Assembly (NCBI RefSeq): GCF_963921235.1
Contig: NC_086107.1
Span: 98,334,001 to 98,394,000 of the forward strand
Source of the DNA: Mobula hypostoma
Lineage: Eukaryota
Direction of reading: 5' to 3'
Length of the DNA stretch: 60,000 nt
Part shown: in pieces, positions 37,600-50,651 of the stretch
How positions within the stretch are numbered: the stretch's first letter is position 1
How the letters are laid out: each line of letters starts with the position of its first letter
Notes under the pieces: generated by a model
What the model saw: the letters and a program-made list of their open reading frames with translations, nothing else
Database searches by the model: none
Told to the model about the DNA's origin: nothing
Made by a program: the position numbers and the translations under genes

Positions 37600-38875
37600 A
37601 AATTAGCATTTGACCTAAAGGCAGAATATACTGTATGGTTAATGGCAGGATTCTTAACAGTGTGGAGAAACAGGGGGATCTTGGGGTCCAAGTCCATCAT
37701 TCCCTCAAAGTTGCCCTGCGAGTTGGTATGGTGGTTAAGAAGTCCTATGGTAGCTTGGGCTTCATTAATCAGCAATGCTGAGACATATCCTAGGACACGC
37801 TGGGACACATCAACTGTGATGTACCCTGAGGTCACCTTTCGGGTCTTTCAATGCCAGACACTCTCGCCCGGGCGATCCAGCCGGGATTGATCAGGCCCTG
37901 GCTTGTATCCCAGCAGGTTTGATCCACAGGTCACACCTTTTGACCCATAGCCATCTGGATGGTTTCTTTGCAGTCCCCGTAATGCCCAAGAGAGAGTAGG
38001 TTCAGCACAGCGAGTGGCCAGCAAAACCTTTACATCCCACCTCTGTAGGCTTGCATCGTGCCCTCCACCCCTGTCTCTGGCACCGCTTTACAAGCTCCTG
38101 GTACTTGGTTTTCTTACGCTCAAACGCCTTCTCAACCCGGGCTTCCTAGGGAACTGTCAGTTCTACCTTGACCACCTGCTTCGAGGTTTCGGACAGAATG
38201 ACCGTGTCAGGCCTCAGGGATGATGACGCAATGAAGTCAGGGAAGTTTAGTTGCTTGCCAAGTTCGACTTTCAGTTGCCAGTCAGACGCTGTGGCAAGCA
38301 AACCTGCTGGGATTGAGTTCAAGAGCTGCGTGTTGCAGCTCTACAAGGCTCTGGTTAGACTATTGTGTTCACTCTGGTCACCTCATTATAGGAAGAGGAC
38401 GTGAAAGCTTCAGAGAGGGTGAAGAGAAGATTTAACAGTCTACTGCCTGAATTCAAGGACATGAGGAAAGGTTGAGTGAGCTAGGGCTTTTCTCTTTGGA
38501 GCGAAGAAGGCTGAGATTGGACTTGAAAGAAGCGTATAAGATTATAAAAGGCATAGATAGCATGGACAACCAGCACCTTTTTCCTAGGGCGGCAACAGTA
38601 ACTATCAGAGGACAATAATTTAAGAGAATGGAGGAACGTTTGGGAGATAGGTTTTATAGACAGAGAGCAGTGGATGCTTGGAACACACTGCCACTGTGGT
38701 GACTGGGGCTGATACAACAGGGATATTTAAAAGACTCTTAGATAGGCACAAGGATTTAATGGAGGGTAATGGACTGTGTAGGAGGGAAGGGATCAATTGA
38801 TCGTGGACTAGGTTTATACAGGTCAGCACAACATCGTGGGCTGAAGGGCCTGTATTGTGCTGTACTGCTCCATGT
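37600..38875 (+). mobile_element. Old CR1 3' fragment, interrupted by a Hero element
   Basis: GIEFKS-VLQLYKALVR, FWSPHYRK-like motif, CR1 3' UTR. Confidence 0.75.
37771..38308 (-). mobile_element. Hero-clade non-LTR retrotransposon 3' fragment (restriction-like endonuclease)
   Basis: Manual translation LLATASDWQLKVELGKQLNFPDFIASSSLRPDTVILSETSKQVVKVELTVP*EARVEKAFERKKTKYQEL...GWRARCKPTEVGCKGFAG...SRWLWVKR. Confidence 0.8.
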
Positions 38876-39036
38876 CCCTCAGGAGAGCTGATCAGTCTAC
38901 ACCGCTTGCTGTGAAATACAAGGTGGCAGATGAAGTGCTCGTAAATAGGATCAGTATAGATGGGTTGGAGACGATTGTCACGGACATGATGGGCTGACTC
39001 TGATCTGAAAACTCGAGCCCGTTTATTATCACTCAC

Positions 39037-39118
39037 CCACGACCATTGTCTAAGTGAAGGAGGAAGCTGTCATTTCCAAACTTCTGGAACGTTTCATAGT
39101 GGTGCCGATCCATGTTAC
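39037..39118 (-). CDS. FAM20C-like kinase exon (82 nt, equivalent to exon 8; catalytic loop)
   Basis: Acceptor tctttctacAG, donor GG/GTGAGT; encodes [28 protein letters not shown] with the catalytic Asp (DRHH) and metal-binding DNG. Confidence 0.96.
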
Positions 39119-39752
39119 CTGTAGAAAGAACACAGAGACTGGTGTGAATTCAACCTGTATAGGCTCAGGCTTTCTCTCCCATTGACCACAGCCTGATCTG
39201 ATGGGCTTGGCCTGCAGTTCAACATCTGGATCGGGCAATACTTTTGTCCTTCTTGACTGTACCTTCCCCCTCCAACTGCATCCGTTAACTGGAGGACTTC
39301 TACAACTTATCTCCATGGTAACCTAGGCCTCAGCCTGTCGTAGATGTCACCGCTATGTGTACACACTCACCGCAGGCCCCATACAAATACAACTCCCCTG
39401 GCACAAAGCAAACCCCCCAGGCATTCATTCCCCGATCCCCACTCTCATACATGCCTATCCTACAGCCCAACAAAGGCGTGGTCGACTCCCATAACCGTCC
39501 ACTCACACCCTCTTTCCCTGTGACTGCCGACAGTCACCCCGCACTCCTCCAAGCAAACTGCACCAATCTCCTTCCCTACCTACATCACAATCTCCCAACT
39601 CTTCCGCTCCTCATACAAGCGGCCCTCAGACGACACAAGTCCCTGCCTCAAACATCTCTAATTCCCACTCCATTCCCAGCATCTGCCCTGTGCTGCCAAT
39701 TTTCGCAGAGAAAGTTTACAAGGACATTGCTAATACTTGAGGATGTGAATTA

Positions 39753-40840
39753 TATCAGCTTATCCCTCTGCAATTGAACTTTGGACTTTCTGACTAACAG
39801 ACCCCAATCAGTTAAGTTAGACAACCTCTCCTCCTCCACTCTCACCCTGAACACCGGTGTGCCTCAAGGCTGTGTGCTGAGCCCTCTTCTGTACTCCCTT
39901 TTCACCTAAGACTGCGTTCCTGTACATGGTTCTAACTCCATAATCAAGTTCGCAGATGACACCACGGTGGTTGGCCTGATCAGAGGGGATGACGAGACGG
40001 CCTACAGGGACGAGGTCCAGCACCTGGCTGCGTGGTGTGGCGACAACAACCTGGCCCTTAACACCCAGAAAACCAAGAAGATCATTGTGGACTTCAGGCA
40101 TGCTAGGACCCACACTCACAACCCCATCTACATCAGCGGAGCTGTAGTGGAGTGTATATCAAGCTTCAAATTCCTTGGTGTCCACATTTCCAAGGATCTC
40201 ACCTGGTCCCTGAACTCCTCCATCCTGATCAAAAAGACATAACAGCGCCTTTATTTCCTGTGGAGCATGAAGAAAGCTCACCTCTGTCCCAGGATACTGA
40301 CAGACTTTTACTGCTGTACCATTGAGAGCATACTCACCAAATGCATCTCAGTGTGGTATGGCAATTGTCCCGTATCGGACCGCAAAGCACTCCAGCGTGT
40401 GGTGAAAACTGCCCAGTGGATTATCAGCACCCAATTGCCCACCATTGAGAATATCTACCATAAATGCTGCCTGGGCAGGGTGAAAAGTATTATCAGGGAT
40501 GCATCTCACCCTAACCATGGACTTTTTACTCTCCTCCCATCCGGTAGGTGCTACAGGAACCTCCGCTCCCGCACCAGCAGGCACAGGAAGAGCTTCTTCC
40601 CTGAGGCTGTGACCCTGCTGAACCTCACATCACAGCGCTAAGCAGTATTGCATCCGTATTGTACTGTCTCAGTACTTCTATATTTGTGTGCTGTAGCACT
40701 TTTTTTATTCGCAGTTATTTTGTAAATAACACTATTCTTTGCATTTCTGGTTAGATGCTAACTGCATTTCATTGGCTTTATATCTGTACTTGGCACAATG
40801 ACAATAAAGTTGAATCTAATCTAATCTAATCTAATCTAAT
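39753..40840 (+). mobile_element. Rex1/Babar LINE, 5'-truncated, nested in a CR1 fragment (about 39700-41240)
   Basis: [36 protein letters not shown]; tail (AATCT)n at 40813-40840. Confidence 0.9.
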
Positions 40841-41350
40841 ATAGAAAGGTTGAATAGCTTAAGACTTCATTCCCTGGGAAGCAGGAGAAGTGAGGGGAGA
40901 TTTTATTGAGGTATGCAAAATTACGCAAGGTATGGCGGGGGTGAATGCATGCAAGCCTTATTCCCTCAGGCTGGGTGAGACTTGAACTTGAGGTCATGGG
41001 TTAAGGGTGAAAGGTGAAATACCTAAGGGAAATCTGTGGGGAAAATTCTTCACTCTAGGTGTTGGAAGTATGGAATGGTCTGCCAGTGGAAGTGGTAGAT
41101 GCAAGATCAATTTTAACAGTTAAGAGAATAGGTCTGTGGAAGAAAAGGATGTGGGGGACAGTGGTCTGGATGCAGGTAGATTGGACTAGGCAGAAGAGTG
41201 GGCTAGCATGGACTAGATGGGCTGAAAGGCCTACTTCTATGCCTTAGTGATCTATAACTGTGTGACCTCACGTCTATCCTGCCCAGCGCTCTGCAATCAC
41301 ACCCCTTGCAATGGACACATCTGCCAGGACACACACTGGTGTGCACTTAC

Positions 41351-41460
41351 CCATCAGGAAGTCCAGGATGATCATGTCCATGAGATCGATCAGCCGGGTG
41401 CCAGCGTTGTAGGGCGCGGTTTTTTTAACCTTATCACAATATCTAGGGTTCACTTCCCAC
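41351..41460 (-). CDS. FAM20C-like kinase exon (110 nt, equivalent to exon 7)
   Basis: Acceptor ctgttgcAG, donor G/GTAAGT; encodes WEVNPRYCDKVKKTAPYNAGTRLIDLMDMIILDFLM; this frame is not in the ORF track, read manually. Confidence 0.94.
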
Positions 41461-43224
41461 CTGCAACAGCAAGAGAAGGAGACCTGGGAAGGTCAGCAGG
41501 TTGGGCTGATGGTGGCATGGTGTGACGAGGCAGGGGAGGGAGGGGCAGGCTCCAGAGGGGAGGACCAGTGACTGGAGGGGAGGAGAGGGTTCCGGAGGGG
41601 AGGAATGGGTACTGGAGGGATGGAACGGGGACTGGAGGGGTGCTGGTTCCACTGAAAGGACAGGGAATGGCAGAAAATCTCAGACTTCTGGCATCCTGCT
41701 AGTCCCCCTCCACAGTGAAAACTGATACAAAACACTTATTAAAGTTTCCAGTGGTCTGATACCCACTGTCGCCTCTTTTTTTCTTTATATATCTGGAAAA
41801 ATCTTCTTGTATCCTCTTTCATATTACTAGATAGTTTACCTTCATATGTCATGCTTTGCCTTATGGTTTTTTAGTTTTTAAAACTCTTCTCAATCCTCTA
41901 TTTTCCCACTAATATTTGATATATTATATGCCCTCTCTTCAGCTTTTATGCTGTCTTCGACTTCCTTTTGTCAGTCATGGTTACATCATCCTCCCTAATT
42001 CTTTGGGATGTATCTATCCTGCACCTTCTGAATTGCTCCCAGAAACTCCAGTCATTGCCGTTCTGCCGTCATCCCTGCTAGTGTCCCCTTCCAATCAACT
42101 TTGACCTGCTCCACTCTTAAGCTTCTGTAATTCCCTTTAAGCATGTTAAAGTTCTCACCTGTATGAAACTATATGCCACACTGACTGTAAGTTACATTTA
42201 AAAGGGGTCATAGAAGTTATCCAATTTCTTTACAGTTTATTTGAATAACAAATAGTAAAAATACACAGTCATCTACTGACTGGCATTGTTGACCCATTGT
42301 CCCACCAAAGCCACAAGAGCTCGTCCACAAAGTCTCCTCGTTCACCACAGCCCACATTCTGACCCTGCTGCACTGCAAGAACCAGTGTGAGAAGCCACAT
42401 TGTGGTGTCTCTGCCTTGGTGTTTATACACTCACACAGCTGAAGGCCAAATAGCACCAACCGCAGTTGAAAACCTCACAGCAGATTTCCACCTCCTGCTG
42501 TCCAACACCTTCCACTGCCTCTTCCAGCTGGTTATCTCCTCCCCTCTGTTTCTCATCAAACCGGCACCCACCTGTTCCTTGGAGTCAGAGAAAAAGACAG
42601 AACAGAAACAGGCCATTCAGCCCATCTAGTCCATGCCGAACCATTTAAGCTGCCTACTCCCATCGATCTGCGCCCAGTCCATAGTGCTCCATACCTCTAC
42701 CATCCGTGTACCTACCCAAATTTCTCTTAAACATTTAAATTGAGCTCACATCCACCACTTGCGCTGGCAGCTCATTCTGCACTCTTAATACTCTGAATGA
42801 AGAAGTTTCTCTTCATGTTCCCCTTAAACTTTTCACCTTTCGCCCTTAACCTATAACCTCTGGTTGTAGTCCCACCCAACCCCAGTGGAAAATGACCGCT
42901 AGCATTTACCCTATCTATACCCCTCATAATTTTCTATACCTCTATCAAATCTTCCCTCTATTTTCTACATTCCAAGGAATAAACTCCTAACCTATTCAAT
43001 CTTTCCTTATAACTCTGGTGCTCCAGTCCTTGTAAATTTTCTCTGTACTCTTTCAACCTTATTTACATTTTTCCTATAGATAGGTGACCAAAACTGCACA
43101 CAGTACTCCAAATTAGGCCTCACCGACATCCTTGTTCATTTAGTGCTTTCAGCACCCCTCCAGTCCCACTTCACGCCCCCTCCCATCTTCCGTCTTGCCA
43201 CATCATGACCGCCACCCCTACCAC

Positions 43225-44705
43225 CCAGTGACTAGCAGTGTTCCACAGGAGTCGGTATTGGGATCGCCACTTTTCACGTTATACAAGAGGTGATTGATAA
43301 GTTCGTGGCCTAGTGTAGAAGGAGTCAATTTTAGAAAACCTAGCACATTTATTTTTCAACATAGTCCCCTCCTACATGTACAAACTTAGTCCAGCGGTCG
43401 TGGAGCATACGGATCCCTTCTTTGTAGAAGTGCTCCACAGCAGGGGTGATTGATAAGTTCGTCGCCTAAGGTAGAGGGAAATGAGTGATACAGTTCTCAT
43501 TACATGCATGTGGAATTCAACTCTTCGAGGTTGAAGTTTCTCCTCATCTCCTTCTACCTTAGGCCACAAACTTATCATTCACCCCTGCTGCGGACCACTT
43601 CTGGAGGTCCAAGACACCGACTCCTACAAAGAAGGGATCCGTATGCTCCACGACCACTGGACCAAGTGTGCAAATGTAGGAAAAATAAATGTGCCTAGGT
43701 TTTCTAAAATTGACTCCTTCTACTTCAGGCCACGAACTTATCAATCACCCCTCGCATGTCAATGACTTGGATGACGGAGTTGACGGCTTTATGGCGAAGT
43801 CTGTGAACAATATGAAGATAGGTGGAAGGGCAGGTAGTGTTGAGGAAGCAGAGAGTCTGCAGAAAGACTTAAATAGATTAGGAGAATAGGAAAAGAAGTG
43901 GCAGATGGAATACAGTGTCGGGAAGTATATGGTCATGCGCATTGGTAGAAGAAATGAAAGGGTTGACTATTTTTGAAATGGAAAAAACCAGGCACAAAGG
44001 GACGTGGCAATCCTTATGCATCATTCTCTAAAGGTTAATTTGCAGGTTGAGCCGATGGTGAGGAAGGCAAATGCAATGCTAGCATTCATTTCGAGGGGAC
44101 TAGAATATAAAAGCAAGGATGTAATGCTGAGGCTTTATAAGGCAATGGTCACACTGCACCTGGAGTATTGTGAGCAGTTTTCGGCCCCATAGTTAAGAAA
44201 AGATGTGCTGACATTGGAGAGGGTCCAGAGGAGGTTCACAAGAATGATCCCAGGAAGGAAACGGTTAATGTATGAATGGCGTTTGGTGGCCCTGGGCCTG
44301 CATTCACTGGAGTTTAGAAGAACGAGGGGGGGTTCTCATTCAAACCTATCGAATATTGAAAGGCAGCAATAGAGTGGATATGGAGAGGATGTTTCTGATA
44401 GTGGGGGAATTAGAGGGCACAACCTCAAAATAGAGGGATATCTATTTAGAACAGAGCTGAGGGGGAATTTCTTCAGCCAGGGAGTAGTAAATCTATAGAA
44501 TTCACTGCCACAGATGGCTGTGGAGGCTGTCGTTGTGTATATTTGACTTGAAAGTTGCTTGGTTCTTGATTAGTCGGGGTGAAAAAGGATACCAGGAGAA
44601 TGGGGTTGAGAGGGATGATAAGTCAGCTGTGATAGAATGGCAGAGAAGCCTCAAATAGCCGAATGGCCTAATCCTGCTCCAATGCCTTATGGTCTTGTGT
44701 CTTAT
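43225..44705 (+). mobile_element. CR1 RT/3' fragment, interrupted by a mariner MITE
   Basis: VPQESVLG..LFTLY|VNDLDDG, HLEYCEQF, CR1 3' UTR. Confidence 0.85.
43284..43754. mobile_element. Palindromic mariner-derived MITE
   Basis: TA target; ends CAAGAGGTGATTGATAAGTTCGTGGCCT / AGGCCACGAACTTATCAATCACCCCTCG; internal repeat of the TIR; transposase tail YKEGIRMLHDHWTKC. Confidence 0.88.
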
Positions 44706-44929
44706 GCTTCCTGGAGTCACTAGAGATTCTGCAGATGCAGGAAATCTGGAGCAACACACTCAAAATGGTGGGGGAGCCCTGCAGGTCAGGCAGCTCCTAT
44801 GGCTGGTCCGATGCTGGGCTGGGGCCAGTGGCATCTTGAACTGGGATGTACTGTAGCGATATACTTCAGGGTGGTGCTTTACTGTGGACAGCTGTGGGCT
44901 CCTGTGTTGTAGTGGGTGGATGCACTCAC

Positions 44930-45110
44930 TTGGCTTTCTTGGTCTTGTGGTACGACCGTTTCCAAGGATTCCTCCAGGACAGGCGCTTGGCCAGTGTGAC
45001 ATCAGGCAAATAGGCAGCCATGGAGCCCTCCATCAGCTCTGGCCTCCCGCACAGAGGGTGCTCCATGTTGCAGTAATAAGAGCAGCTGCCGTAGAAACAC
45101 ACATTGTTGG
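44930..45110 (-). CDS. FAM20C-like kinase exon (181 nt, equivalent to exon 6)
   Basis: Acceptor tccctctcAG, donor AA/GTGAGT; encodes [61 protein letters not shown] (Cys-rich insertion domain). Confidence 0.95.
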
Positions 45111-46707
45111 CTGAGAGGGAGAGACAACAGTCACTGTCCAAATCCACAAGCCGCCTTCATCTCCTCATCACCTTACCTGAAACCCCTGCCTAGTCCCGGC
45201 CTCCCTCTGCCACTCAGACCACCCCAGCCCTCCTCCCTTTCCTGCTACACGTATCATATCTGATACTCTTCCTGCTTGACCATAAACTCTTCATTGTTCT
45301 GTTCATTGTGAGAAGGTGCAAAGTATTGATTCAGAAACACTTTCCACCTGCCATCACCAATCACCTTCTTGCACACTGCATTGCTCTTCATTTCTCCCCT
45401 CCATCCCCCTCTCTTACAGTCTCTTCCCACTCATTCCCTCTGTACTTCTCTTTTTTTTCCTGTCTTTCATTCCCCACACCTCGCTCACAAGCTCACTCTT
45501 TCTTCACACGTACTCTCTCTCCCTCCTCGCTCACCCCTTTCGCGTCCTCATTTGCTGCCTCTCTCACAAAACCTTCTCTGTCTTTTTGCCCATCCCACCC
45601 CAACAACGAATACTGGCCTCTATCGCCACTGGAAGGTGTGGTCACAAAGTGAATTAAATGAATTCCTATTAAATCATGCAATTAATTGTCATGAATTTTC
45701 CCTCTCACTTGACAAATGTTCTATGTACATAAAAGATTACTTTTCCCTGTCATGCCTTGTCCACACATCCATAATTCCCTCGCGCTCTCGGTTCACCGAA
45801 GCACCCGTCCACTTGCTGATCATGAAGCATGCAGCGAGCTTCCTAGTTTTATTTTTCCCATCCAGTAGGTTTCCTGCTACTTTTGGGGGTCCCCTCTTTC
45901 TCCTCCACCCCCCTCCCACCACCCCCACTCTCTGATCCCAACACTGCCATCTCTCAACTGCTTGGCCATTTGCTTGAGCAGAGTTGCAACTACAGTTAAG
46001 AGTATTATGTAGAGCTCCGGTTAGCACACCGTAGAAAAGATGTGTTCACATGGAGAGTGTGCAGAAGAGACTTTCAAGGACGTTGCCTGGAATGGAGGGA
46101 TGTAGCTGTAAGGAGAGATTGGATAGCCGCTTTTATTCTTTCTGAAACGTTGGAGGCCGGGGTGTGACTTTGTAGAGGTTTACACAATTATGAAGGGCAC
46201 CAATAGGATATATAGTCAGAAGCTTTTCCCTTGGACAGGAGAGCCTAAAATGAGTGCACACCGGGTTAAGTTGAGAGGGGAGAAAGTTAAGGGAGATTTG
46301 AGGGTTAAGTTTTTCCCACACAGAGTGCAGTGAGTATTTGGAACAAGTTACCAGAGGATGGCGAGACAGCAGATACATTAGAACATTAGCAAGTTTTTGA
46401 CAAGAACAGGCCGGCCAACCCACAAAGCTTGCCAAATTCCTATTCACATTGTGTGTTGAAGTAACTATCGAGTTCAGATTGGAAAGGTATTACTCTCAAC
46501 TACACAACTAGGTAGTTTGTTCCATGTGTAAAGAAATGCTTCCTGAAATCTCCCCTTAACCAGTCTCCACCTATGCTGTACAATACAACGATTGAATCAC
46601 GTCTCAACTCATTCAATACCTCAGACTAAGAAAGACTCACAAAAGAAGGAGTCAGTGTTGGCAGAGCAACAAGTGAAATTACAACATTTAAAAGATGTTT
46701 AGGCAAG

Positions 46708-46947
46708 TGTTGTGTATTTAATATTGAAGTAATATTTGAGTAATCTTAAATATATACATATATATATTTAAGCATTCTTGTTTGTTTAATTAATTAATTA
46801 TACGTAAAAATATGTTAATTGTATATGTCATTATGCTATCCTGTGATAGTGCGTGTCTCCCTTAAAGAAGTCAAACCCCTATTTTCAGACTCGCAATGTT
46901 TTTCTTTGAATTAGTTTAATGTTTTGAAATTATAAAACATTACAACA
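46708..46947. mobile_element. AT-rich possible solo LTR
   Basis: TGTTGTG...TACAACA termini interrupting a CR1-like segment; TSD unclear. Confidence 0.35.
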
Positions 46948-46951
46948 GGTA

Positions 46952-49300
46952 CATAGAACATAGAATAGTACAGCACAGTACAGGCCCTTCGGCCCACAAT
47001 GTTGTGCTGACCCATAAACCCTGCCTCCCATATAACCCCCCACCTTAAATTCCTCCATATACCTATCCAGTAGTCCCTTAAATTTCACTAGTGTACCTGC
47101 CTCCACCACTGACTCAGGCAGTGCATTCCACGCACCAACCACTCTCTGAGTAAAAAACCTTCCTCTAATATCCCCCTTGAACTTCCCACCCCTTACCTTA
47201 AAGCCATGTCCTCTTGTATTGAGCAGTGGTGCCCTGGGGAAGAGGCGTTGGCTATCCACTCTATTCCTCTTATTATCTTGTACACCTCTATCATGTCTCC
47301 TCTCATCCTCCTCCTCTCCAAAGAGTAAAGCCCTAGCTCCCTTAATCCCTGATCATAATGCATACTCTCTAAACCAGGCAGCATCCTGGTAAATGTCCTC
47401 TGTACCCTTTCCAATGCTTCCACATCCTTCCTATAGTGAGGCGACCAGAACTGGACACAGTACTCCAAGTGTGGCCTAACCAGAGTTTTATAGAGCTGCA
47501 TCATTACATCGCGACTCTTAAACTCTATCCCTCGACTTATGAAAGCTAACACTCCATAAGCTTTCTTAACTACCCTATCTTCTTGTGAGGCAACTGTCAG
47601 GGATCTGTGGACATGTACCCCAGATCCCTCTGCTCCTCCACACTTCCAAGTATCCTGCCATTTACTTTGTACTCTGCCTTGGAGTTTGTCCTTCCAAAGT
47701 GTACCACCTCACACTTCTCCAGGTTGAACTCCATCTGCTACTTCTCAGTCCACTTCTGCATCTTATCAATGTCTCTCTGCAATCTTCGACAATCCTCTAC
47801 ACTATCCACAACACACCAACCTTTGTGTCGTCTGCAAACTTGCCAACCCACCCTTCTACCCCCACATTCAGGTCGTTAATAAAAATCAGGAAAAGTAGAG
47901 GTCCCAGAACCGATCCTTGTGGGACACCACTAGTCACAACCCTCCAATCTGAATATACTCCCTCCACCACAACCCTCTGCTTTCTTCAGGCAAGCCAATT
48001 CTGAATCCACCTGGCCAAACTTCCCTGGATCCCATGCCTTCTGACTTTCTGAATAATCCTACCATGTGGAACCTTGTCAAATGCCTTACTAAAATCCATG
48101 TAGATCACATCCACTGCACTACCCTCATCTATATGCCTGGTCACCTCCTCAAAGAACAGTATCAGGCTTGTTAGACATGATCTGCCCTTCACAAAGCCAT
48201 GCTGACTGTCCCTGATCAGACCATGATTCTCTAAATGCCCATAGATCCTATCTCTAAGAATCTTTTCCAACAGCTTTCCCACCACAGACATAAGGCTCAC
48301 TGGTCTATAATTACCTGGACTATCCTTACTACCTTTTCTGAACAAAGGGACAACATTCACCTCCCTCCAATCCTCCGGTACCATTCCCGTGGACAACGAG
48401 GACATAAAGATCCTAGCCAGAGGCTCAGCAATCTCTTCCCTCGCCTCGTGCAGCAGCCTGGGGAATATTCAGTCATGCCCTGGGGACTTATCCGTCCTAA
48501 GGTATTTTAACAACTCCAACACCTCCTCTCCCTTAATATCAACATGCTCCAGAACATCAACCTCACTCATATTGTCCTCACCATCATCAAGTTCCCTCTC
48601 ATTGGTGAATACCAAAGAGAAGTATTCATTGAGGACCTCGCTCACTTCCACAGCCTCCAGGCACATCTTCCCATCTTTATCTCTAATCGGTCCTACCTTC
48701 ACTCCTGTCATCCTTTTGTTCTTCACATAATTGAAGAATGCTTTGGGGTTTTCCTTTACCCTACTCGCCAAGGCCTTCTCATGCCCCCTTCTTGCTCTTC
48801 TCAGCCCCTTCTTAAGCTCCTTTCTTGCTACCCTATATTCCTCAATAGACCCATCTGATCCTTGCTTCCTAAACCTCATGTATGCTGCCTTCTTCCACCT
48901 GACTAGATTCTCCACCTCATTTGTCACCCATGGTTCCTTCACCCTACCAATCTTTATCTTCCTCACCAGGACAAATTTATCCCTAACATCCTGCAAGAGG
49001 TCTCTAAACATCGACCACATGTCCATAGTACACTTCCCTGCAAAAACATCATCCCAATTCACACCTGCAAGTTCTAGCCTTATAGCCTCATAATTTGCTC
49101 TTCCCCAATTAAAAATTTTCCTTTCCTCTCTGATTCTATCCTTTTCCATGATAATGCTAAAGTCCAGGGAGCGGTGGTCACTGTCCCCCAGATGCTCACC
49201 CACTGAGAGATCAGTGACCTGACCCGGTTCGTTACCTAATACTAGATCTAGTATGGCATTCCCCCTAGTCAGCCTGTCCACATACTGTGACAGGAATCCT
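46952..49300 (-). mobile_element. CR1 LINE, ORF2 from endonuclease C-terminus through RT, a few frameshifts
   Basis: ILDLVLGNEPG, LGDSDH, GNYRPVSL, QHGFVKGRSC, YMDFSKAFDKVPH, RPHLEYC; (TTCTATG)n tail. Confidence 0.93.
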
Positions 49301-49868
49301 GGGAGAGGTATTTGGGAGAGGTTTAGAGGAGAGATTCCCAACCTGGGTCCATAGACCCCTTGCTTAATGGAATTGGTCCATGGCATAAAAATGGTTGGAA
49401 CCCCTGGTACAGAGGGATACAGGGAATTGTCGTAGATAGGCATCACATTCAGCATGGAAGAGGTGGGCTGAAAGGCCTGTTCCTGAACTGTATGATACAA
49501 TGATTCAGTCCACATCCAGTCAATCACATCTCAGACCAGTCAGTGCCTCACAAGAGAGGAAGTTGCTATAGGTTGTGCAGCAAGTGAAATGGTTCTCCAC
49601 TACTTCCCTGGCCTGGCTCCATCTCACTCACTCGCCCGACATGGCACCCTCTCACCATCACCAGCTGGACACCTCCCCTATTAAAAGCTGCCTTCTCATC
49701 CAGTCCTCAAAGAGAACAATCCAAACCCTACTCTAATCACATTTCTGCCCCCACATTGGCCCAGCTCACTCTCATTCACTGATTTCATCTCCCCGTACAT
49801 TGTCCCAGACTCAGCTCAGTTGGTTTAGCATGCCTTACAGTCACTGCCTGGGCCCGGTTCCCCTAAAG

Positions 49869-50333
49869 CAGGGTTGGCAAACCTTTTGTGAGTGTGTGCC
49901 CAGATTGGCGATAATCTTCTAAAAATTTCTCTCACGTGCAAACTGTCATTTTGAGCAGAGATTAATGAATTAGTAACAACAATTATGGACTTTTTTTTCA
50001 TGAAAAGAGATAAATCCTGTAAAAGACATTTGAAAAATGACATCATTTCTAAATTGCTTTGTTATTGTAACTGTTCACTCTCTAAATAACGATGCGCACA
50101 CCAGGTCTGCAAGAATTCCAAACGTATCATTCAATGGCATGTGTTCTCGCAATCGTTTAGCTGGCACCAAGTTAACATGAGTCATTACCACTTCCCAAAA
50201 CCAGCTCTCAGGTTGGAAAAAAAACGCTGTTTCATTTAGCAGTAAAAATAATCAAAGGCCCACACTGCTTGCCATGTGCCAACTAACTTTTTGCGCTTTC
50301 TCGGGCATGTGTGCCAAAGGTTCGCCACCCTTG
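49869..50333. mobile_element. hAT/Charlie-like MITE
   Basis: Imperfect TIR CAGGGTTGGCAAACCTTT / AAAGGTTCGCCACCCTTG; degenerate 8-bp TSD CCCTAAAG/CCTGAAAA. Confidence 0.65.
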
Positions 50334-50535
50334 CCTGAAAACATTTTGCTAGAGCCCAGCCTACATCTCTTCCATTGCCGAGACAGATCTCCCCCACGCC
50401 AGCCTCACGCTGTCCAAGCCCAACACTCATTCTATTACCGAGGACAGGGTCCTCTCTCATCTAAAGATCTCCCTCCCTCCAGCACCCAGACTGACCCCAC
50501 CCTTCCACCATCAGTCCTTCCACTTCCACGGTTAC

Positions 50536-50651
50536 CTGGCGAGATAAAGAAGGTCTGCTCAAGGTGACCATCGGTCGTCAGCTCTTTAATGTCCTCCACC
50601 ACGTTGACGTGACGACCCGAGATCGGTGGAATGCGGCGGAAACCTAAAATC
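50536..50651 (-). CDS. FAM20C-like kinase exon (116 nt, equivalent to exon 5)
   Basis: Acceptor ctctttggaAG, donor CAG/GTAAC; encodes ILGFRRIPPISGRHVNVVEDIKELTTDGHLEQTFFISP; phase matches both neighbours. Confidence 0.93.

Noticed and set aside
48469..49527. 352-aa ORF as a novel fusion protein
   Set aside because: CR1 ORF2 fragment with a chance N-terminal extension from the antisense of an adjacent CR1 3' piece
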